From contig OZ024743.1 in assembly GCA_964016885.1 (NCBI GenBank), positions 10,230,001-10,294,000 of the forward strand: a DNA stretch of 64,000 nucleotides. The letters are read 5' to 3'. Position 1 is the first letter of the stretch. Every line of letters starts with the position of its first letter. The position numbers and the translations under genes are program-made. The DNA is from Eledone cirrhosa. Taxonomy: Eukaryota. Below are positions 41,993 through 55,044 of the stretch, piece by piece. The notes under the pieces are model-generated. The model was not told the DNA's origin. It saw only the letters and a list, made by a program, of their open reading frames with translations, and searched no databases.

Positions 41993-44900
41993 TCATCATA
42001 ATCATCATCATCGTTTAACGTCCATTTTCCACGCTAGCATGAGTCTGGACGGGAATTGTCCCACTTGAGGTAATATTGGTTGTCTTGCTCAGGACTGTCT
42101 GGCGGGTTTTCTACCGCTGGATGCCCTTCCTAACACCAACCACGTTTACGGTGTGGACTGGGAGGTTTTTACCGTGTTACCTACACGGCCACATTACAGC
42201 GTGGACTGTGTGTTTTTTGTCGTGACACCTACACGACCTCATTTATTTAGGACAGGATGTTGTGGTACCAACATAGCTTTACATCGAAAGGGGTGGTGTA
42301 GATGGCGGTGGGGGTAGGGGTAGTGGGAGACGGGGGTGTATTTGGGTTAAGAGGTGCCTGCTGATTGTAGGTTTCTCTTTGTACTTAGGCAAGGCGGGTC
42401 TTCTCTATTACTACGTAGCGCCAAAGATCTTGGTCCAGTGACATTGTCTTGGAGAGGTGTAAGTGTGTGAGGTCGGATTTTATCAAGTCGTCCCAGGTTT
42501 TTCTGGGTCTGCCTACTCCGTAGCTACCGTCTATTTTGATCGCCCTGCACTTTTTTATACAGCTGTCATCTTTCATGTGCATCACGTGACCATACCAACG
42601 TAGTATTCTCTCAAGTAAACAGCATCTGATCCCTCTTATTCCTAATTTCTCACTTAGTTCATTTATGCTTTGCCGTTCGCGTATATTACTATTACACATC
42701 CAGCGGAGCATGCAAGCTTCGTTCCTCTCCAGTCTGCGTAGATCCTCTGCACACAATGCCCAGGTCTCACTGCCATGCAACATTGCTGTTCGTATGCAGG
42801 CATCATACAGCCTGCCTTTTATTTTTAGAGAGAAACCTTTAGCGGCCAATAGTGGTATAAGCTCTCTGAACTTTTTCCATCCCGTTCGGACTCTAGCTAC
42901 AGTACTTTCGGAGCACCATTCACCACTGCTGATTTTGTCACCCAGGTAACAGAAGGTGTCCACTATTTCTATAGAACCATCTGGTCAATGAATGAGCTAG
43001 TATTCTGTGGGCATTTGCTGCTATTTTATTGCACCAGACCACCGGCCACATATAAAATCTATATTCTTAGTTAGCTTGCCTGTGATCCCACTACATCTTT
43101 TATGCACCCATACTTTGCATTTGGGACATAAAATGGAGTTTCTGTCTACTCCTTTCCTACACACTGATGGGACCAGTGCCTTATTTTCCTTCCTACATAT
43201 TAGGACTTTAATCTTAGACAAGTTAACTTTAAGGCCTTTTGATTCTAGGCTATGCTTCCATGTTTGGAATTTCTTCTCTAGTTAAGCCATTGATTCGGGT
43301 ATGAGTGTTAGATCATCTGCGTATAGGAGTTCCCATGGGCAGCCGGTCTTGAACTCCTCAATTATAGCTTGGAGGGCGATAATAAATAGGAGGGGGCTAA
43401 GGACGGAGCCCTGATGAACACCAACTTTTACGCTAAACTCTTCACTATATTCGTTGTTAATTCTAACCTTGCTGACTGTTTCTTTATACATGGCTTGTAT
43501 AGCTCTCACAAGCCATTCATCCACACCTACTTTTTTAAGAGCCCACCAGATAATAGAGCCGGGGACTCTGCCAAAGGCTTTCTCCAGGTCTACACAAGCT
43601 AAGTAGAGGGGTTTACTTTTAGCTAGGTACTTCTGTAGTTGTTGTACAATGAAAAGAGCGTCTGTGGTACTTTTACCTGACACAAACCCGAACTACATTT
43701 CATCTAGATCAATTCGCTCTCTGATTAGTTGCGCTATTACTTTTTCTGTGACCTTCATGACCTGGTCAATTAATTTAATGCCTCTATAGTTTCCTCTATC
43801 TAGGGCGTCTCCTTTACCCTTGTAGCAGTTAATGATGACGCTGCTACGCCTGTCCTTTGGTACGACCCCATTCTGTATAACTTGGTTTACTATCCGGGTG
43901 ACCATAGTGTGTCCCACCGTTCCAGATGCTTTCAGCATTTCAGCAACTATTTCCGAAAGCCCAGCCGCCTTGCCCGTCTTCATATCTTTGATTGCCTTAT
44001 TTATTATACTACCTTCAACTTGCACTGCTGGTCCTTCTATTGGATCGATGTGGGAGAGGCTGTTTTTCTCCCATTTATTCTCCTCATTTAGTAGACTTTC
44101 GTAGTGACACTTCCAGCGTCGATGATGGCAAGTACACCATCATCATTACGGACACACTTCTCCCCGACAATATCACGGTTCTCCTTGACACATTGTCTAG
44201 CAATCCTGAACACCTCACGTTTTTGGTCCTCGCGTTGTAGAACATGCTTGAACTTTCTTTCCTCTGCTTCCCTTCTTGCGAAGTACACTTGTCTCCTAGC
44301 CACTTGATAGTCTTCTCTACTTCCTCCATCCCGCCATACTTTCCAAGCCTGCTTTTTGGCCTTGATAGACTCCTCCACCTTACTGTTCCACCACTAAGTT
44401 ACTCTCCTCCTGCCTATAGGTCTGCTCCAGCCACAGATTTCATCTGTCGCCTTCAGCAGGTTAGCTTTCAGGAATTCCCACTGTTCCTCTATATTGTGCG
44501 ACTCTAATTGCTCTTCCTTACTGTCAAAAGCATCAAGTAATATGCTTTTAAATTTATTACTGGCTGTGAGGTCCTTTAACTTCCATATTTTTTCTGCTAA
44601 GGATAGTCCTCCTCTGTTGTCGAATACGTCTCGTCCTGACTATGAGTCTATGTTGGGAGGTGCATTCTTTATGGGGGAGGGATTTAGTGTTTATAACAGA
44701 CACTCTGTCTCGTCTTCTGGTAAGGATATAATCTATCTGACTGGCGTGTTCCCCTGATCTATAGGTGATCAAGTGATTGTCTCGTTTTTTGAAGTTTGTG
44801 TTACAGATAGTTAGATTATTTGCGTCACAGAATTCCAGGATTATTTGCGTCACAGAATTCCAGCCTTCCTCATTTCTAGTACTAAACCCATAGCCTCAAT

Positions 44901-45968
44901 GAATTCCGTCATAGCCGTCACAGTGTTGTCCAATGTGACCATTTAGGTCGCCAGCAATAATTATATAGTCACTGTCGGTTATTTGGGAGGTAATGAGCAT
45001 TAACGACTCATAGAATCTGTCTTTTATAATGCCAGGCAGTGCGGGTTGGGGTGCATACGCAGATATTATTGTCACAGTAGTTCTATTGAGGACAAGTCTT
45101 ATTTTAATTATTCTGTCGTTCACTCTATTTACGTCTATTATCTTATCTACCCATTTTTCCACCAAGCCCATTGTCATTTCCCACCCAGAAAAGCTTATAG
45201 CATCGTTTTTTACCCACAATGAATCTAGCAGATCCACCCTCCACCTGGTTTCTTGAATACAGCAAACATCAATCTCCTTACGTTCAAGCATCTCTACAAC
45301 CTCGTTAGAGCGACCTTTTAAGGTACCTACATTCATGGTACCATTTCTGAATTTTTGGATTGCGTTTGGTGGGTGGGAAGGACAGGGTGCAGTGAGGGGT
45401 GAGGGGGATGGGGCTATGTTAGCCGTCCGCGGCCTAAATAAAGAGGAGGAGTCCTTGCATTCTCGTCCGGCAGCATGAGGTGAATTTGTCTTTATCTTTG
45501 GCATTGTCACTGAGTGTCCAGATTTTTTCAGACTCTCCAGAATTCCGTAGTCCATCTATCTTATCGAAAAGCAACCAGGTCTAAACTTAAGAAGTGATAA
45601 TATACACCGCTGACTTATGATTTGTCCAAATAATAATGGTGGTCAGTGGGGCGGGGGGGATCTGGGATAGTTAGCGAGAAGGTTATAAAATAAAATCTAC
45701 GAAATTTTGGCCATAATTGAACGAGCATATAACTGTAATAAGGGAAGAATTATGGGATTTTAAAATACAAGAAGATTATTTTGAACGATCAGACAGAATT
45801 ATTGAATAGCATTGAAAAAGAAAAGGTTGTATTCTGGACGATATGATACAGATAGATGAATGGACCAGGTAAACATGGAGAGGCGAGAAAATAGGAATTT
45901 GTACATTACATTAGATTTCACAGAAGAGCGAGCGAGCGATGTAGCCAAGAATATGGGTCGACAAATTC
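41993..45968 (-). mobile_element. Near full-length, frameshifted RTE-clade LINE (APE endonuclease + RT, 3'UTR, (GAT)n tail)
   Basis: Consecutive minus-strand ORFs: 44896-45555 (TMNVGTL, CIQETRW, SAYAPQ, AGDLNGHIG), 44557-44853 (SQIDYIL), 43693-44025 (NYRGIKL), 43282-43683 (DLEKAF, GVHQGSVLSPLLF, LLYADD), 43021-43221 (Cys/His finger VHKRC), 42385-42963 (FCYLG, WYGHV, GRPRKTW). (TA)nGTAAGA repeat on both sides. Confidence 0.95.
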
Positions 45969-46482
45969 TATATATAATTCTATATATATATATATATAGT
46001 AAGATATATATATATATATATATATATATAGTAAGTTATTACATAGTATACAATATATAGTAGTCATTTTTTGCACTTTGAATTTAATAAATAGCAATCA
46101 TGGTATCCCAAAGTTGATTCAATTGACTCTATTGCTTCTGTGACAGCTGGTTTCCTTACAGTAATATGAGAACTATACATAATAATTTATTTTGGTTTTC
46201 ATTTGCAATTAACTGTTCACTCTCTTTATAAATCATGAGGTTGACATTTACTAAGAAATGATAATGATAATGCTTTGTCATTTCTCTCTATATATATATA
46301 GATATTTGTGATTTATTGAAATCTTTATTAAAAGCTGATGGTTATCAGTAAATATTTTTTTACTATATATATATTTATATATGCAGTACTGGGACCAGGA
46401 AGACCACAAATCAAAGAAGTACTCGATACATGATTAGATGCAGAGGTAACTACCCAAAATTACCAAGCTTGCAGTAGATCTA

Positions 46483-46566
<84 letters not shown>

Positions 46567-46604
46567 ATTAAATAAATGGAAAACTATATTTATAAAACCA
46601 TATT

Positions 46605-46670
46605 TATTTCATTATATATATTTCGGGGATATCATATTAACAATATGCTATGCCTTCATCAGACAAAATA
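46605..46670 (-). ncRNA. Type I hammerhead ribozyme (inverted copy)
   Basis: Reverse complement of 50122-50187. Confidence 0.7.
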
Positions 46671-48098
46671 CAATATAAACAGTTTTATAGATAAATATAT
46701 TCGACATACCGTAATAAACATCGACTTCATTTGAAGAGGTTTACGCTAGCAGTGAAAATACAGAGAGAAAGAAAGAGAAAAAGAAAAGAGGGAAAAAAAG
46801 AAAGAAAGACAGAACGAAGAAAAGGAAAAAAAAGAAGAAAAAGAAAAAGAAGAAATGCATGGAACAAAATAGAGAGATGGAAAAATAGATAAAGCGAAGA
46901 GCTTCATGTACAGAGACAGAAAGATATATATATATATAGAGAGGAAATAGAGATAGATACATATATATATATATAGAAAATTAGGTAGTGGGAGGTCATT
47001 TTGAGTAAGTGTATCAATGATACATTTATTTATTTATCTATTTATTTATTTATTTATTTAGCTCAAGTATTAATGTAAGGGAGATATATAGAGAGATATA
47101 GAGAGATATATAGAGAGAAAAAATTTAAAAATAGCCAGACATATTCGAGGCGTAGAAAACCCTATGTTTTAATGTATTAGTATTTATAAAACTTACACTA
47201 TATTGTAAATATCAGTATTCCTGAATTAAATAAGTATTCACAATGTGTGAAAATTCATTATCTTATGTTTAGTTTTAAAAAATTCATATGTTTATGTGAC
47301 AGCTACAAACATCAATGTGAATCCAACTGATTCACTCTGCAAACTCTAGGTTACCGGAAAACATTCTCAATGTGGTATAAAAATTTGAGCGTATTATTAT
47401 TCTTGCGATTACTCTACAAGATTATCTATCAAGCAGAAATAGAGAGCAGATTTCAATATACTAATCAAAAATATATATTATATTATAAACAAAACTAAAA
47501 ATAAAAAGATAACAATAATAATAATAATAAGTAAAAATATATAAAAATATAGAATAGAAAACTAAAAAAATATTACGAAAGAATATTACATAATAAAAAT
47601 ATTGCATATTAAAAATACTACGTATTAAAAAATATTACGTATTAAAAATTTACATATAAAGATATTAAAAATAAAATTAAAAATAAAAAATATTATAGAA
47701 TACTACAATACTAAAAGAATAAAAATAAAAATAAAAATAAAAATAAAAATAAAAATAAAAATAAACCACAAAGAACAACCCTTCAAAGTTAATTGACAAT
47801 ATATTGCCAAGTTCATTACAAGACAAAGCCAAAAATTATCTATCAAATCACATCTAGCAAAGAACATCTCAAAAAGATTATGATGTGCAATTATGTCTAC
47901 ATATGTTCCTATATTTAATATAGAAGTTTATTTAGTGTAAGGTTAATTCAAAAAATTTGGAGCATCGGCTTTTAGGGTAGCTTAATTTTTCATGAGGAAT
48001 GTTTAGATAAAAAAAACATTCTCAATGTGGTATAGGAGTTTGAGCGTATTATTGTTCTTGCGATTGCTCTACAGGATTATCTATCAAGCAGAGATAGG

Positions 48099-48665
48099 TA
48101 TCACTCAATCTTCAATAGGCATACAATTAAATTAACCTACTCATCCACCAAAAATTTAGCACAAAATATTAATAGAATAAATAATAGGAACTTAAAACCT
48201 ACTGATAATAGCATAAATAATATACAAGTTAACAAATGTAACTGTAGAGATAGATCTAAATGTCCGTTAAATAACAACTGCTTAGTTAAAAATATAGTAT
48301 ACAATTGTAATGTTAATACTGACTCTAATTCTTTTAACTACGTCGGTTCCACATCGACGGAATTTAAACTTCGCTATAATAACCACAAGAATTCTTTCAC
48401 AGATCCAAATAAAAAATCTTCAACGGCACTATCAGGCGTACTCTGGCAACTTAAGCTAGATAACGTTAGATACTCGACGGCTTGGAATATAGTCTCAAGA
48501 GGGATTCCTTTTAATTCATCCTCTGAGACATGTGACCTCTGCGCAGAGGAGATATTCTTTATACTAAAATCTAAAAATTCCCTTAACCTACGGACAAATT
48601 TATTCAGTTGTTGCAAACATAGATTAAACTCAACGTTTAAATATAAATTTAAATTTAAAATGTAG
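48099..48665 (+). pseudogene. Uninterrupted 3' part of the PLE ORF (linker + GIY-YIG); no start codon, so absent from the ORF track
   Basis: YHSIFNRHTIKLTYSST...KCNCRDRSKCPLNNNCLVKNIVYNC...YVGSTSTEFKLRYNNHKNSF...STALSGVLWQLK...W...CDLCAEE...LNLR...CCKH...KM*. Confidence 0.88.
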
Positions 48666-50121
48666 TATATTTAGTTTGATTTATATTTATATGAGAACTA
48701 GCCGATAAATTTTTTGATTCCTAAATCTTTGATTCCCTCTTTTTACTCTTTTTATTGTTTATTTTATTTTATTTATTTTTATTTTTATCTAAACATTCCT
48801 CATGAAAAATTAAGCTACCCTAAAAGCCGATGCTCCAAATTTTTTGAATTAACCTTACACTAAATAAACTTCTATATTAAATATAGGAACATATGTAGAC
48901 ATAATTGGACATCATAATCTTTTTGAGATGTTCTTTGCTAGATGTGATTTGATAGATAATTTTTGGCTTTGTCTTGTAATGAACTTGGCAATATATTGTC
49001 AATTAACTTTGAAGGGTTGTTCTTTGTGGTTTATTTTTATTTTTATTTTTATTTTTATTTTTATTCTTTTAGTATTGTAGTATTCTATAATATTTTTTAT
49101 TTTTTATTTTATTTTTAATATCTTTATATGTAAATTTTTAATACGTAATATTTTTTAATACGTAGTATTTTTAATATGCAATATTTTTATTATGTAATAT
49201 TCTTTCGTAATATTTTTTTAGTTTTCTATTCTATATTTTTATATATTTTTACTTATTATTATTATTATTGTTATCTTTTTATTTTTAGTTTTGTTTATAA
49301 TATAATATATATTTTTGATTAGTATATTGAAATCTGCTCTCTATTTCTGCTTGATAGATAATCTTGTAGAGTAATCGCAAGAATAATAATACGCTCAAAT
49401 TTTTATACCACATTGAGAATGTTTTCCGGTAACCTAGAGTTTGCAGAGGGAATCAGTTGGATTCACATTGATGTTTGTAGCTGTCACATAAACATATGAA
49501 TTTTTTAAAACTAAACATAAGATAATGAATTTTCACACATTGTGAATACTTATTTCATTCAGGAATACTGATATTTACAATATAGTGTAAGTTTTATAAA
49601 TACTAATACATTAAAACATAGGGTTTTCTACGCCTCGAATATGTCTGGCTATTTTTAAATTTTTTCTCTCTCTATATCTCTCTATATCTCTCTATATATC
49701 TCCCTTACATTAATACTTGAGCTAAATAAATAAATAAATAAATAGATAAATAAATAAATGTATCATTGATACACTTACTCAAAATGACCTCCCACTACCT
49801 AATTTTCTATATATATATATATATGTATCTATCTCTATTTCCTCTCTCTCTCTATATATATATATCTCTTTCTGTCTCTGTACATGAAGCTCTTCGCTTT
49901 ATCTATTTTTCCATCTCTCTATTTTGTTCCATGCATTTCTTCTTTTTCTTTTTCTTCTTTTTCTTCCTTTTCTTCGTTCTGTCTTTCTTTCTTTTTTTTC
50001 CCTCTTTTCTTTTTCTCTTTCTTTCTCTCTGTATTTTCACTGCTAGCGTAAACCTCTTCAAATGAAGTCGATGTTTATTACGGTATGTCGAATATATTTA
50101 TCTATAAAACTGTTTATATTG

Positions 50122-50187
50122 TATTTTGTCTGATGAAGGCATAGCATATTGTTAATATGATATCCCCGAAATATATATAATGAAATA
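50122..50187 (+). ncRNA. Type I hammerhead ribozyme
   Basis: tattttgt CTGATGA aggcatagcatatt gtt aatatgatatcccc GAAA tatata TA atgaaata. Stem I pairs with G-U wobbles and the palindrome is ATATATAT. Confidence 0.7.
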
Positions 50188-50318
50188 AATATGGTTTTAT
50201 AAATATAGTTTTCCATTTATTTAATATTGTAAATATACTCCAAATATTTGTCGAGTGCTTTTATATCAGTTATAAATATTTACTAGTTGTAACCCAACAA
50301 TTTTAAATATAACTTTAC

Positions 50319-50349
<31 letters not shown>

Positions 50350-50612
50350 GTCAGAAGGCATATTAGAATAAGTAAATTTAGGCAAGCCTTGGGCAATACT
50401 ATAGTCACCATATTATGTGTGTATGCCCCTCAAGCTGAACTTACCAATGAACAAAAATACCATTTCAATGAGGCCCTTTTACAGACTGCCCCAATGACAG
50501 ATAACAATGATCTTATGATTGCAGCTTGTAACCTCAATGGGCATGTTAGGAAACATCATGATGGATTTTTTGACACACTTTTGATACAATTTTAGCACAA
50601 GAAATGAGGAAT
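50350..50612 (+). mobile_element. RTE APE-endonuclease fragment
   Basis: ORF 50389-50595 TIVTILCVYAPQAEL...IAACNLNGHV parallels TVTIISAYAPQ...IAGDLNGHI in the RTE at 44896-45555. Confidence 0.75.
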
Positions 50613-51685
50613 TCAGTGCTCCAACATTTCATCCTGTTCCATACAAAGCTTCTTATGTTTCTGCTACTTCCTACATTTCCATAGTTTTTGTTATCCATGA
50701 GTGTGGTATCATTGTATCCTTTACAATAATCAATCCATGCCATACTCAAAGTTCCCTTTGTCCTCTGGAGCCTTCTCAGCTTCTTCATCCATTGTCCTTG
50801 GACTCCGTCCAGCTCTGTGTTCTTCCACTTTGGTATTTAACTTACTTGCCTGTTTATCTTTTCTCTAATTATTTGAATGTTGTCTTGAACTTGCATATTT
50901 CCTAACCTATCTTGGATTTCATGCAGCCACTCAGCATTATCATTATGTTCTAAGGGTGGTGAATTGGCACTATCGGTGGAGGGTCAGACGCCATACTTTC
51001 CAGCATGGTTATGTCCCTTTACGGTCTAAGTTCCAGTAATGTACTAGGTAATTACTGGCCTTGATCCAGAAGTAGAAACAATTATCATTATATTCTACAG
51101 GTTGATCCTAGATTTTTCACCAAAAAGTTCTGCTATCTTCTGCATCAATTTCTAATTTTTGGTGTAATTGCTTGTCTAATTCCTCAAACAGCTTTCTCTG
51201 ATTGGCTTTGAACTGTTTTGTTCTATTGTTGTATCTTTCCAATTATACCTTGATCACTACTGCTCTTTGTCTTACTTCTTTCAAAATCACATCATATCCT
51301 TCATCTTTTATTCTGTATGTTCTTTACAACCTCATTTTTGTGATTTCTTTCTGCATTTCCCTTTTTTCAATCTAGCAACTTCTCCCAAATCCCTTTTTAA
51401 CTTTGTTTCTCACAAATTTCTCTACACCAACATGGTTCTTTTTGTTCTGTTTGGCCTCTTCTTTTCTATCCAACTCTCTCTGCAGCAACATTGATAATCT
51501 TGTTGGTGTCAGATATATTTCCTGTCTAAAATAGTCGAAGAACAGCCCCTACTTTTTTGATTTCTGCTTTTGATACATCATCCTCATTATTTCTTGTTGA
51601 TCATCATCATATCCTTGCAATACTAATTCTGCTTCATTTTCTGACAACGTACTTACATCTTGATCTATATCTTCACTGCTACAAT
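50612..51685 (-). mobile_element. Old R4/Dong-like LINE relic (N-terminal region and start of RT)
   Basis: Minus strand LSMAWIDYCKGY...WITKTMEM...IRSF...MKCWST matches the R4/Dong LSMAWIDY.KAYD motif. HNDNAEWL spans the SINE insertion site. Confidence 0.65.
50954..51084 (+). mobile_element. Internally deleted SINE family A with about 17 bp TSD
   Basis: Flanked by attatcattatgttcta and attatcattatattcta. Another 3' SINE fragment lies at about 51695-51780. Confidence 0.8.
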
Positions 51686-51780
51686 TCATTTAGCACCAGT
51701 AATGCACTAGGGTCGATTTAATCGACTTTCACTTCCCCTAAAATGGTTGGCCTTGTGCCTAAATCAGAAACTATTATTAT

Positions 51781-53137
51781 TAAAATGTTGAATTTTATAT
51801 TTCAGTCACTGATGTTATTTAACCAGAAAATTCACTCAAAAGAACATCAAGCCACTACATGCAGCCTCAGATATTCAGGATGTATCAGAGAGTCCTTGCT
51901 ATTCCCAGTAGGTATGACTTTTGAATTGTTCCAAAAAGGGAGCTGGGCTAATATTCTTTAACTAGCCTTGGGAATGCATCGAGATAGAACCTAGTGCTCC
52001 TATGACAATGGGGACCAACTTGATTTTGTGTCTGTCCCAAATCCTTTTTTCAGTTCCCACTTTAAATCCTGATACCAGTTAATTTTCTCCTTCTCATTTT
52101 CTTGCACTCTTGTGTAAAAGAGACAAACTACATGTGTAATTATAATTATTGTTATTATTATTATTACTATTTTGAATTTGATATCTCAATCATTGTTCTT
52201 ATTTAACCGGAAAATTTGCCCAAATGAACATCAAGCCGCTACCTGAAGCCTCAGCTATTCAGGACGTATTGGAGGCTCCTTGCTATTCCCAGTAGGCATG
52301 CCTTTTGAAGTGTTCCAAAAACAGAGTGGCTGGGCTAATGTTCTTTAGCCAGACTTAGAAACTCTTTGAGATAGTACCTAGTGCTTCTATGACAATGGGC
52401 ACAACCTCAATCTCATGACAGTCCCAAATCCTTTTCAGTTTCCACTTTAGATCCTGCTACCAATTAATTCTCTCCTCCCTTTCTTGCACTCTTTTGTCAA
52501 AGGGGCAAGCTACATCTATAATCAAGCAAGATCATTTTCCTTGTCAAACACCACAAGCTTTTTTATACTCGGATTCGATATGATCCACAGTTTCCTCTCT
52601 CTCAACAGATCCTACAGAGCAGGCTAGCCTCCTCTTTGGCAATATGATGTTTTGTTCACTTTTTTCTAAGGGCTTACTCCTGTGCAGCCAGTTGCATTCC
52701 CTCTGTGGCTTTCTTAGGGTCCCTTTTCTTTCACCAGTCCCATGTCAGCAGATTTCTGAATTCTGTTTTCTTCAAGAAGCTGCTATAAAGGGCTTTTTCA
52801 TTCAAGTTGTTCTTCCTCTTTGTTGTTACTTCTTTCTTGGACATCCCCTGGCTATTATTTCCCCCTTCAATATAACCTTAAGCATATTTATGGAAACAGC
52901 TCTTCTCCATTTTAATACAATCCTCTACACTGATACGACCTCTCTCATCTTCAGATCTTCTTAAGTACAGTCCATCAAAATCACCCTCCTTATGAAACAT
53001 ACTGTAAGTAGTCGTTACTTTCCTTGTCTTTCTATCCAGTTCTTTGCTTACATTCCATTTACGAATTCCTGCACTGTACCTAATAATAGACACAGCTCAG
53101 TAATTTATTGTATTCATGGTGTTCCTACTATTTAGAC
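51781..53137 (-). mobile_element. Two stacked 5'-truncated R4/Dong-like LINE 3' ends (about 51781-52140 and 52170-53137), each ending in (TAA)n
   Basis: Both parallel 53505-53880 in sequence. ORF 52878-53093 (IRYSAGI..W...ELDRKTRK...LYLRRSE..RG) is the R4/Dong post-RT region. Confidence 0.8.
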
Positions 53138-53155
53138 ATTATTATTATTATTATT

Positions 53156-53502
53156 ACGTCCCTTTATGATCTGATTTCAAATCCCGCCGAGGTTAACTTT
53201 GCCTTTCATCCTTACGGGGTCGATAAAATAAAGTACTAGTAATGCACTGGGATAATTGCTTGCCTTGTGCCAAAAGTAGAAAAAATTATTATTATTATTA
53301 TTGTTCTTAGGGCGGTGGATTGGCAGTATTGGTAGAGGGTCGGACGCCATGCTTTGCAGCATAGAGTTACGTCCCTTTATGGTCTGAGTTCAAATCCCGC
53401 CGAGGTTAACTTTGCCTTTCATCCTTACTGGATCGATAAAAAAAAGTACCAGCAATGAACTGGAATAATTGCTGGCCTTGTGCCAAAAGTAGAAACAATT
53501 AT
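53156..53502 (+). mobile_element. Two tandem SINE family A copies (5'-truncated 53156-53290; full 53310-53502) in (ATT)n
   Basis: The full copy has gggcggtggattggcagtattggtagag (A box) and gagttcaaatccc (B box). TSD-like attatta(t/c)tgttctt. Confidence 0.9.
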
Positions 53503-53504
53503 TA

Positions 53505-54245
53505 CTGTTCTTTGAGTCTCAGTCATTGATGTTATTTAACTGGAAAGTTTGTTGAAATGAATATCAAGCCGTTACCTGCAGCCTCAGATATTCAGGACTT
53601 ATCGAAGGGTTCTTGCTGTTCCCAGCAAGCATGCCTTTTGAAGTGTTCCAACAAGCGGAGCTGGACTAATCTTCTTTAACCATCCTTGGAAACTTTTTGA
53701 GATAGTACGTAATGCACCTATGACAATTGGGACGACCTTGATTTCATGGCAGTTCCAAATCCTTTTTAACTCCTACTTTAATTCCTGGTTTCGGTTAATT
53801 TTCTCCCTCTCCTTTTCTTGCACTCTCATGTCAAATGGGCAGGCTACATCTACAATCAGGCACAACCTTTTTTCCTTGTCCCAAACCACCAGGTCAGGCC
53901 TGTTGTGTTCTAATTTCTTGTCCGTCTGTATCCTAAAATCCCATAGTACCTTCACCTGATCGTTTTCTATCACTGACTCTAGCTTATGCTCATACCACTT
54001 CTCAGAATGTGGTAAATTGTTTAGTTTGCATAGATGCCAGTGGTTCACTCTGCCTATCACATCATGTCTCCAGCCTTTATAGTGAGTCTGGGCTAGGGGT
54101 TTACACTCAGATACAATGTGAGCCACAGTCTCCTCTCTCTCTCCACAGATCTTACACAGTGAGCTAGCCTCCTCCTTGTCAATATGGTGTTTCACCCACT
54201 TCGTTCTGAGGGCTTGCTCTTGCGCAGCCATTAGCATTCCTTCTG
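53505..54245 (-). mobile_element. 5'-truncated R4/Dong-like LINE: CCHC finger + restriction-like endonuclease
   Basis: ORF 53773-54237: AAQEQAL...CKICGEREETVAHIVSEC...RHD...LWDFRIQTD...NRPDLVV...IVDVACP...KEREK. Confidence 0.9.
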
Positions 54246-54649
54246 TGGTGGTAGTGATGATGGAGTAGTGAAGGTGGTGATGGGGTAGTAGTACTGTAGT
54301 GATGGTGTTGTTGCTGCTGTTGATTTGTCTCTATCTAAATTTTGTGGTAGTGGTGGTGGTGGCGGCGGCAGTGGTGGTGTTGGTGGCGAAATTATTTGAC
54401 TGTTGTTTTCTTCCATTTGTGACCATTTGTAGCCATTTTCTTTTTTTGACTATAAAATTTCTGATACAAAATTAAATATTTGAGCCCTATGCCAGTGTTA
54501 TGTGTTGTCACTTCCTGAGAGTAAAGACTGGTGTCATGTCCCATTTGTAATAAGAATTATTCTATCACAATTGTTTTAAATATGTAAAAAAATCAAAAAC
54601 TTACGGGAGCGATTCAATAACACTCTATCCACGATATGCGTATTCTTCC

Positions 54650-54855
54650 CTCTTGTGCCTAAAGTAGAAACAATTATTATTATTAAGAGGTCGGACGCCA
54701 TGCTTTGACGTATAGAGTTACGGCCTTTGCCATTCTGAGTTCAAATCCCGCCAAGGTTAACTTTGTCTTTCATCCTTACGGGGTCAATAAAATAAAGTAC
54801 CAGTAATGCACTGGGTATTTGCTGGCCTTGTGCCTAACGTAGAAACCATTATTAT
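54650..54855 (+). mobile_element. SINE family A 3' stub (54650-54683) followed by a 5'-truncated copy (54686-54855)
   Basis: Both end in cttgtgcctaa(a/c)gtagaaac(a/c)attattatt. Confidence 0.88.
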
Positions 54856-55044
54856 TATTATTATTGAATGCCATGGTTGACGCTATAACAATTGTAAATT
54901 GTTTAAAACTTGAACCAAATTGTAGATAAAAACACCCTCCTCCCCGTGAGAGGGGTCTTTCTGTCCGTTATTTGGCCCTTTGGGGTTAAATAATCGCTTA
55001 TTGGGGTTTTGTACCCAATATTCATTTTAAACCGTAAAAAAAAC

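Larger units (their letters stand above)
46561..50318 (+). mobile_element. Young 5'-truncated Naiad-like PLE with about 1.45 kb inverted repeat (46561-48012 vs 48782-50231)
   Basis: The arms are near-identical reverse complements and the spacer holds a GIY-YIG frame. An unpaired 3' tail runs 50232-50318. (TA)n on both sides. Confidence 0.92.

Noticed and set aside
46561-50231. DNA transposon or foldback element with long TIRs
   Set aside because: The spacer encodes a PLE GIY-YIG, the arms contain hammerheads, and one side has an unpaired tail. This is an inverted PLE pLTR, not a pair of TIRs.
53310-53402. tRNA genes at SINE heads (also 24290-24370 and 62360-62437)
   Set aside because: A and B boxes are present, but they run into multicopy SINE bodies and tails and I could not fold a complete cloverleaf.
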